Origin: an uncultured Candidatus Saccharibacteria bacterium | GTDB taxonomy: Bacteria > Patescibacteriota > Minisyncoccia > Phycocordibacterales > JACOZG01 | DNA: 64,000 nt | Direction of reading: 5' to 3' | Assembly: GCA_964648765.1 (NCBI GenBank) | Contig: CAZYLF010000001.1 | Span: 293,797-357,796, forward strand | Shown here: one piece after another, positions 58,049 to 64,000 of the stretch | Layout: each line of letters starts with the position of its first letter | Position numbering within the stretch: the first letter of the stretch is position 1 | The notes under the pieces: generated by a model | Told to the model about the DNA's origin: nothing | The model's database searches: none | Seen by the model: the letters and a program-made list of their open reading frames with translations, nothing else | Made by a program: the position numbers and the translations under genes

Positions 58049-60529
58049 TTACTTAATGTCCACACCCGCACTTCGAAGGAGGTCACCAAGGGAACTCCCA
58101 AGTACTTCCTTCGAGTTTAAGGTTACCGGTTTCGACGCGGCTCGCCTTGAAGCCTCTGCCGCTATTCTGGCTTTTTCATTTTCAGCTTGTTGTCGCATCC
58201 TTTCTTGGGCGGCGACACGAGTTGTTTCGGCTTCAGCCAACTGCTTTGCAATTGTCTCGTCGCGAACCCGATTGAGCTCAGTCTGTTCGGCACGATATCG
58301 ATCCATAGCTTCTTGTTGACGGAGTTTTTCCGCCTTCTGGTTAACTATGTCTGCGATAAGGCTATTCCGAACAGCCACAGCCTCGTTATAACTTCGAAAC
58401 CAGACAGACTTTGTGCTGCCGTACCAGCGAGAATACTCCCATGTTCCGAAGACCATGAGATCCTCGCTGGTTTCTGGATGAGACCCAACAATGCAAGTTT
58501 GCACTGGCGGTACTGATGTCTCATCATTCATATCTACGCGGGGGAGTTCCGGCTTCTGGAACGTCGCGTACATATGTTCCACCCTCACTCGAGTTGCCTC
58601 GGGGTGGGTGGGGTCCGGCACGATTTCTTCCCGCACCTTGTGACTGTTGAAGTAAAACTCAGTGGTAGAAACCACCATGTTTTTCTCCCGGTCGAAGGTG
58701 GGGTTGATGCCCGTTTTTGTTTCCACCAACTGTGGAGCAACTTCAACTAGCCAATTCGGGTCAACCTTTGTCGCCATCCTCACCAAGTGGAGCGTAGTAA
58801 GACCACGTCTCGTTTGGATTTGGAGATCGAACGGCAGTCCAACCAACCACTCAGCACCGAACGACATACCCACGACTGATTCGCGAGCGAGTGATCGTAA
58901 TTGACCGTCACCGTTACGGTAACCGCCAAATGATTGTTTCCACAGATGATCCACCATTCCGGCGCAAATTGCCCGCAGGATATCCTCCCGCTTGCCACTT
59001 GACCTGAAATCGCGAACTTTTCCGCGGAGCGCATCAGCGAGATGTCGGCGTTTCTCTACTGCTTGAAAATAACCTTTGAGAAAAACACCTGACTCGCGGA
59101 GCTCATCCTTGCTCATGTGCCGCGCGCCATTAAATACTGCGAGCTGAGCCATGACGTCGGATGAGCGTTCTGTCGGACAAAACTTTTCCCGCCAGACATG
59201 GAACGCGTTATCTTCATAACCATCCCTCCGTATCTTGCGAGCGGTGATCTCACCTTGTTCAAGAATTGCGGCAACGTTGATAACGTCGTCAACAACTCCC
59301 AGACGCTCGGCCTCAATCACCATTCTGCCAAACTGCACCGACACCGGGAGTTTGGATACCCGGTGTCCAATTTGTGTGACTTCTCCATTTGCATCCATAC
59401 AACCAAGCGCTTTAAGTGAGCGCTTTGCTTCATGGATTTCTGCCAAGTCCGGCTGATGGAAGAATCGTAACGCTTCCATATCGATTCCGGCCTCAGCAAG
59501 TCGGAGAACAGTTTGGTCCAACCGCGTGCGGTGAATTTCCGCCTTCGGGTAAACCAAACGTTCAGCATTCGCTGGGCACCAATTAATGTAGATGCCAGGC
59601 TTGGTGCGACCGGCTCGGCCTTTGCGCTGCAGTGAATCGGTTTGTGAAATGCTCATGAGGTACAAGCCCTCAACGCCATTCACAAGTTCAACTCTTCGCT
59701 CAACGCCGCTGTCTACCACAGCATCGATGTCGTCGATCGTGACGCTTGTTTGCGCCACGTTTGTCGACACTACACACTTTGGACGCGCGTAGCTTCGGAA
59801 GCAGCGATCTTGCTCTTCCAAATCCAGCTCGCCGTGAAGCGGCAGGATTTCAGCATCGATGTCTGTGGAGGCTTTGAGTTCGGCAACCGCTTTCGCGATC
59901 TCCGATTTGCCCGGTTGGAACCAAAGAACGTTATGTCCCTCCAGAAGGAGACGACGCACGTCATTTAGTTCACTTATTCCACGTGGTTTTTCCTCCACCG
60001 GGAACTGTCTTCCGGGAACTTGGAGTATGGGAGCACCTCCAAAAAAGCTTGAGAGCTTTTCCGCTTCCAACGTGGCGCTCATCACGACCACCTTGAAGTT
60101 TGCCCCCAACTCAATTTGGTGCTTGGCCCACGCCACTAGCACCTCGATGTTCAGGTTCCACTCGTGAACCTCATCGAGTAAGAGGACACTGTGGCTGCCT
60201 GCTCCCATGAGCTCGCGCACTAGCGCTAGCCCATCGGTGCAAAACAAACACCGCGTACTTGCACTGTCTTGGCGCTCGAAGGCGGTGCGAAAGCCGACCG
60301 TCTGGCCGATCTTCTCACCGATTTCATACGCCACGCGGGAGGCAACCGTCCGGGCCGCCAAACGGCGCGGTTGGGTCACAACGATGTTGTAACCCTTTTC
60401 GAGCAAGTATTGAGGTACCTGCGTCGATTTGCCTGCGCCCGTTTCGGCGGTGATGATCACTGCTGGGTGCTCGCGCACGGCAGCAATCACCTGATCCTGG
60501 AAATCACTGATAGGTAGTCCTTGGTTCAT
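58049..60529 (-). CDS. DEAH-box (HrpA/HrpB-like) ATP-dependent helicase with C-terminal coiled-coil extension
   Basis: Walker A 'TAETGAGKST'. 'LLLDEVHEW' DExH box. 'QPRRLAAR', 'SATL' and HA2-like region. C-terminal 'EKLRQQEAMDRYRAEQTELNRVRDET...'. Start MNQGLPI with RBS GAGGAG. Confidence 0.8.
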   Translation of the reverse strand: MNQGLPISDFQDQVIAAVREHPAVIITAETGAGKSTQVPQYLLEKGYNIVVTQPRRLAARTVASRVAYEIGEKIGQTVGFRTAFERQDSASTRCLFCTDGLALVRELMGAGSHSVLLLDEVHEWNLNIEVLVAWAKHQIELGANFKVVVMSATLEAEKLSSFFGGAPILQVPGRQFPVEEKPRGISELNDVRRLLLEGHNVLWFQPGKSEIAKAVAELKASTDIDAEILPLHGELDLEEQDRCFRSYARPKCVVSTNVAQTSVTIDDIDAVVDSGVERRVELVNGVEGLYLMSISQTDSLQRKGRAGRTKPGIYINWCPANAERLVYPKAEIHRTRLDQTVLRLAEAGIDMEALRFFHQPDLAEIHEAKRSLKALGCMDANGEVTQIGHRVSKLPVSVQFGRMVIEAERLGVVDDVINVAAILEQGEITARKIRRDGYEDNAFHVWREKFCPTERSSDVMAQLAVFNGARHMSKDELRESGVFLKGYFQAVEKRRHLADALRGKVRDFRSSGKREDILRAICAGMVDHLWKQSFGGYRNGDGQLRSLARESVVGMSFGAEWLVGLPFDLQIQTRRGLTTLHLVRMATKVDPNWLVEVAPQLVETKTGINPTFDREKNMVVSTTEFYFNSHKVREEIVPDPTHPEATRVRVEHMYATFQKPELPRVDMNDETSVPPVQTCIVGSHPETSEDLMVFGTWEYSRWYGSTKSVWFRSYNEAVAVRNSLIADIVNQKAEKLRQQEAMDRYRAEQTELNRVRDETIAKQLAEAETTRVAAQERMRQQAENEKARIAAEASRRAASKPVTLNSKEVLGSSLGDLLRSAGVDIK

Positions 60530-60716
60530 TTTATCTCCTCGAGCATGGGTACTCCGACATAAAGTCGAAGCAATGACCCACCCTGCTCGGCCGCATTTAA
60601 GCGACTTCCGTTCGGCGTAATGCCTACGGCATGCGGGCAGGGTTGCCCAGGTTTTTCCATAACTCACCAACTCCTACTTAGCTGATCCCTTTCTCCTAAT
60701 TTTCTTAGGACATAAT

Positions 60717-60792
60717 TTCCAATCAACCCACGATCACACGATCGCCGGGTTGAATAAGAAGAGGGACGCAACTTGCAAGCAAGCCACGTCCC
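60717..60792 (-). repeat. Array element copy 7 (box + hairpin GGGACG...CGTCCC)
   Basis: Read directly from the sequence. Confidence 0.65.
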
Positions 60793-60948
60793 TCGTTGAT
60801 TTTTACACGCATGCACAAAGTGCACCGCAACCGGAGCCACCCGGGATTTTGTACTGTCTCCATAGTCGGAGGCCACCCGACTGGTTCAGAATCTATACTT
60901 CACTATGCACCTCTCCCTTTCTCCCGGCCTGGGAAAATTTTCACTTTT

Positions 60949-61104
60949 TCACTTGATTGGACCGCCGTTGTAGAGCGACCAAGCCTGGGGAGACACTTCC
61001 CGATGGCTGTTGATGTTCGCCAGGTGGGCGAACAATGCCACAAGTGCTACGAGACCCACGACATTCCACTGGTACTGTTTTACGACTTTCTTCCAATTCG
61101 ACAT
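60949..61104 (-). CDS. Small membrane protein (51 aa) MSNWKKVVKQYQWNVVGLVALVALFAHLANINSHREVSPQAWSLYNGGPIK
   Basis: RBS GGGAGAGGAG 6 nt upstream. Sits between two array elements. Below the track size cutoff. Confidence 0.45.
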   Translation of the reverse strand: MSNWKKVVKQYQWNVVGLVALVALFAHLANINSHREVSPQAWSLYNGGPIK

Positions 61105-61142
61105 CTCAATTCTCCTCTCCCAAACTTAATCGGGAAAAAACT

Positions 61143-61219
61143 CATTCCATTGAACCCACAAGCACACGCTTACGGATTCAATCAGAAGGGGAACGCGCAA
61201 TTTTCATCGCACGTTCCCC
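61143..61219 (-). repeat. Array element copy 8 (degenerate box + GGGGAACGCGCA...CGCACGTTCCCC hairpin)
   Basis: Read directly from the sequence. Confidence 0.55.
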
Positions 61220-61237
61220 TGGAACTTCACGAAAGAA

Positions 61238-61801
61238 CTACAACTGGTCCCCAGGGGATGCGGGGACTTCCTCTCCTTCCTCCTCTATTACCTCCACTTC
61301 ATCGAAGGAGTTGATGGTGGCCTTGCCCGAGGCTACCAGGAACGCCTCCTCAGCGGTGAACCACCCCTCCTTTTGGTCGGGGTGCCACACGTTTTTACCG
61401 AGGACTTCCTCGGCAGCCCAGGCCCGCGCGAGCCCCCTTTCGGTGGTCTCGCATGAGATTTCGAGATAGAGATTTTTTTCCCCGGGGGCATAACAACCCC
61501 CGCACCCTGACACCTTTGTAATGGTGGTATCACCTCGCCATTCCAGGGACCATTCATGGCCGCTCAGGTTGAGATGAATGGCCTTAGCCACCCCGTGGGG
61601 GGCATCATAATCTATACTGGCCTCGGCGTAAGCTCTGGCCACTGCCGAAACAAGGGCCTCTACCGAGAGGCCACCGCCTTGCATTTTTTGTTCCACCATC
61701 CAGTTGAGGTGGTGGGGGTGGTTGGCCCCCGCGATACTGGCTGCCTTACAAAAGGCGGCGATGGCTTGCGCTGCTTGAACTTTTGCGTAGATCTTCAACA
61801 T
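61238..61801 (-). CDS. Hypothetical protein (187 aa), GC-rich codon usage
   Basis: ATG with RBS GGAGATGAGAAG. Confidence 0.55.
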   Translation of the reverse strand: MLKIYAKVQAAQAIAAFCKAASIAGANHPHHLNWMVEQKMQGGGLSVEALVSAVARAYAEASIDYDAPHGVAKAIHLNLSGHEWSLEWRGDTTITKVSGCGGCYAPGEKNLYLEISCETTERGLARAWAAEEVLGKNVWHPDQKEGWFTAEEAFLVASGKATINSFDEVEVIEEEGEEVPASPGDQL

Positions 61802-61847
61802 CTTCTCATCTCCATCTCCCGATCTTTTTTATCGGATAAAAACTCAC

Positions 61848-61919
61848 TTCCAATCAACCCACGATCACGCGATCGCAGGTTGAATAAGAAAGGGGAACGT
61901 GCAAATGAGCACGTTCCCC
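61848..61919 (-). repeat. Array element copy 9 (box + perfect type-B hairpin GGGGAACGTGC-AAATGA-GCACGTTCCCC)
   Basis: Read directly from the sequence. Confidence 0.7.
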
Positions 61920-61989
61920 TGAAACTTTATGAAAGAACTATTTTTTGACAGTTTACCGAACTGCCACGGGGAGTAGCTACCTAAACCTA

Positions 61990-62184
61990 CTACTCCAGAT
62001 TCTGGGCCGAGTTGTTCCTGCGACCAGGAGACGACTTTGTGTGGGCCCGCGAGATAGCATTGACCTCACGGATGAATTCCCATCCCCACGCTTTTTTCAC
62101 GAGGGGTATTGAATTCATGACCGCGTTCACTGTGCGAGCTACCCGAGGAAAACGATAATACATATCAGAAATCGGTGTAAACAT
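61990..62184 (-). CDS. Hypothetical small protein (64 aa, MFTPISDMYYRF...)
   Basis: RBS AAGGAGA 6 nt upstream of the second ATG. The ORF track shows a longer GTG-initiated frame. Confidence 0.45.
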   Translation of the reverse strand: MFTPISDMYYRFPRVARTVNAVMNSIPLVKKAWGWEFIREVNAISRAHTKSSPGRRNNSAQNLE

Positions 62185-62585
62185 TTTCATTCTCCTTAAA
62201 TTTTCGTACTCACTTTTGAATCGCGCCCGCCCTAACATTAGGTCGGGTAAATTTGCGATCCCTCTTGTCACACCGAGTCTAGAGTAGTTTGTAGTCCTAC
62301 CTCTCTCCGTGAGACGAAGAGGAATAACAATGATTGCCTTTCGGCAGTTGTTTCCTTTTCTCTCTATTTAATTGTTAAAGTCCTTGGATTAATACGAAAA
62401 AAAGCGATTTTTAGGCTCCTCATCGTAAATGATTGAGAGAAACGCAAAAATCGCTCTTATGGCCATCTCACCCCGGCCCCGGGCTCTCTCTCAACCTATT
62501 CCATTTTTAATCTACTCCTATTATACACCCAAATGAGTTATTTGTCAAGTTAAAGTGATGAGTTTCGCATCTAAATTTTAGGGCT

Positions 62586-62612
62586 CAAAAAATGGCCCAA
62601 CTGGGCCATTTT
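62586..62612 (-). terminator. Intrinsic terminator after rpsA
   Basis: Minus strand reads AAAAATGGCCCAGTTGGGCCATTTTTT. Confidence 0.7.
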
Positions 62613-62635
62613 TCGTAAGACTATTTGCTAGTAGG

Positions 62636-63784
62636 TTAAGCTTTTTTAACGACTCCGGGGACGTTAGGAGTGAGAGTCATTTTTTGATTTTTTGGATCAA
62701 AAAAGTTGATGGTGAATGGGTAAGTTTTGCCAAGCTCTAAACTTTTGCGCAGAGCCTCCTCATTTGCAAATTCCGACACATGCACCAAGCCCGCCACGCC
62801 CTCCTCAATAGACACAAGCGCGCCATGCTTATTGTGTTTGATTACCACACCCTTCACTTCATCACCTTTTTTATACTTTTTACCAGCTTCATCCCAAGGA
62901 TTCTTTTTGAGTGCCTTAAGCGAGAGCGAGATTTTGTTATCCTTAATCTCAATAATTTTGGCTTTTACGTTTTCACCAACTTTGTAAAGTTCTTTAGGAT
63001 TTTCCACTAAAGCCCAATCAATTTCTGAAATGTGGATCAAACCTTCTAAACCTTCTTCAATTTTTACAAAAATTCCAAAGTCCACCGCGCCCGTCACTTG
63101 GCCTTCCACAGTGTCGCCCAAGGCATACTTTTCAATAATATCTTTTTTAACTTGATTGCCCACAACTTTTTCAGAGAAGATGAGTTTGCCCTCTTTAGGA
63201 TCAGCGGCAATAATGAAGACTTCAAGTGGTTGGCCTACGAACTTTACGAGTTCTACTAAAATTTTATCTTTGTCACCATCTGGGACTTTAGGATAATGTT
63301 CAGCCTTAAGTTGTGAGGCGGGCATAAAGCCGTCGAGGCCTTGCCACTCTAAAATCAAACCACCTTTATTAGCTTCTTTAACAATTAAATTGAGAGGTTC
63401 TTTATTATCAATAAACTTTTTGGCTTCACTCCAAATGATAGCTTGCTTAGCCTCTTTGAGTGAGAGTTCCATATAACCGCGTTCGCCCTCGGGGAGCACC
63501 ACTTTGGCGGTGATCTCATCGCCCTCGTTGATCTCCTTAATAATGTCACGAGCGATTAAGAATTCGCGACCGAAGATGATACCAGTGCCGAAAGGAGGCA
63601 CATCCACATAGAGAGCCATTTTGTCGCGTCCAATTACTGTGCCGGTGACGAGAGAATTGATCTCGGGAGGATTCTCCGAGTTCCGCATGATCTCATCCAT
63701 CACCGGATTTACAGGCGCCATCGCCATTTCGGCGTCGGTCACCACTTGCTCCTCTTCTTTAACCTTTTTTGTGGCTGTTACCAT
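62636..63784 (-). CDS. rpsA: 30S ribosomal protein S1 (short 4-domain form)
   Basis: Repeated S1 domains ('GTVIGRDKMALYVDV', 'GQVTGAVDFGIFVKI', 'VKGVVIKHNKHGALVSI'). No SD upstream. Confidence 0.88.
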   Translation of the reverse strand: MVTATKKVKEEEQVVTDAEMAMAPVNPVMDEIMRNSENPPEINSLVTGTVIGRDKMALYVDVPPFGTGIIFGREFLIARDIIKEINEGDEITAKVVLPEGERGYMELSLKEAKQAIIWSEAKKFIDNKEPLNLIVKEANKGGLILEWQGLDGFMPASQLKAEHYPKVPDGDKDKILVELVKFVGQPLEVFIIAADPKEGKLIFSEKVVGNQVKKDIIEKYALGDTVEGQVTGAVDFGIFVKIEEGLEGLIHISEIDWALVENPKELYKVGENVKAKIIEIKDNKISLSLKALKKNPWDEAGKKYKKGDEVKGVVIKHNKHGALVSIEEGVAGLVHVSEFANEEALRKSLELGKTYPFTINFFDPKNQKMTLTPNVPGVVKKA

Positions 63785-63837
63785 AGTAGGAGGATTATAT
63801 ACAAAAGCCCGCAGTTGGCAAGGGGAGTTTAAAACAT

Positions 63838-63887
63838 AAAAGAAAAAAGGCCCGAGTCATTCTGCTTTAGCAGAGACTCGGGCCTCG
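63838..63887 (-). terminator. Intrinsic terminator
   Basis: GGCCCGAGTC...GACTCGGGCC hairpin; the minus strand is followed by TTTTTTCTTTT. Confidence 0.65.
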
Positions 63888-63907
63888 TTGTCATTCTTGC
63901 GAATGAT

Positions 63908-64000
63908 TACTCCCCCTTTTGAATTCCGTACCCTTGTTTCTCCAGCATCTTTTGGATCTCACTTTTTGAAGTCCACGGGCTCAGTCCGTTGTAGACGGCG
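63908..64000 (-). CDS. 3' end of an unidentified minus-strand CDS that runs off the window (...SEIQKMLEKQGYGIQKGE*)
   Basis: Open frame to the window edge with stop at 63908-63910. Confidence 0.35.

Noticed and set aside
60796-61469. Plus-strand ORFs 60796..61314 and 61035..61469, and minus ORFs 60664..60876 and 61333..61557
   Set aside because: They are antisense or overlap the conserved array elements and a short RBS-supported minus-strand gene. Elevated GC generates long stop-free frames.
61990-62271. N-terminal fragment of a tyrosine recombinase (from 'AWGWEFIREV')
   Set aside because: The resemblance to the integrase SAM-like region is too weak, and the ORF is only 64-93 aa with no catalytic motifs.
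54400-62300. CRISPR array
   Set aside because: Repeat units are 45-100 nt with degenerate copies. Spacers are whole genes of very different lengths. There are no cas genes.
54400-62300. Classical integron
   Set aside because: The box contains an R-prime-like GTTGAAT with a complementary arm, but no intI/tyrosine recombinase or attI is present in the window. The integron idea is kept only as a hypothesis inside the main finding.
62272-62585. Possible ncRNA (tmRNA/SRP) in the 360-nt non-coding gap
   Set aside because: No tmRNA tRNA-like ends and no SRP domain IV consensus were recognised. It is probably a leader or promoter region.

Overview
This 64 kb window is AT-rich and densely packed with housekeeping genes (groES/groEL, purD, murJ, lepA, tsaD, ftsA/ftsZ, trxB, hisS, lepB, pth, rpsA, a class II RNR, RNase P RNA, 8 tRNAs). 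It reads like a small-genome, Patescibacteria/CPR-like bacterium, but that is inference from gene content and style. Two large cell-surface proteins end in a peptidoglycan-binding domain. The second one (1401 aa) carries near-identical internal 340-bp repeats. The main find is an ~8.5 kb GC-elevated island (about 53.7-62.3 kb) made of about 13 short minus-strand genes. Almost every gene there is preceded by the same ~45-nt conserved box and a GC hairpin. Hairpin stems differ between copies by compensatory changes that preserve pairing. The island holds paralogous small secreted and membrane proteins, a DEAH/HrpA-like helicase with a coiled-coil tail, and no recognisable integrase. I read this as a cassette-like, possibly co-regulated or recombinationally assembled array of unknown function. 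Other notable loci: a GIY-YIG ORF plus tRNA-Gly sitting between two copies of a ~90-nt structured repeat, next to a truncated tRNA-Gly-like copy. A tRNA-Ser is followed by a duplicated 3' end and a tRNA-like remnant. An orphan HicB-like gene sits between two paralogous signal-anchored proteins. A four-gene operon of unknowns includes an HD hydrolase. groES appears to have a leaderless promoter. All calls come from reading the sequence; no database searches were run.
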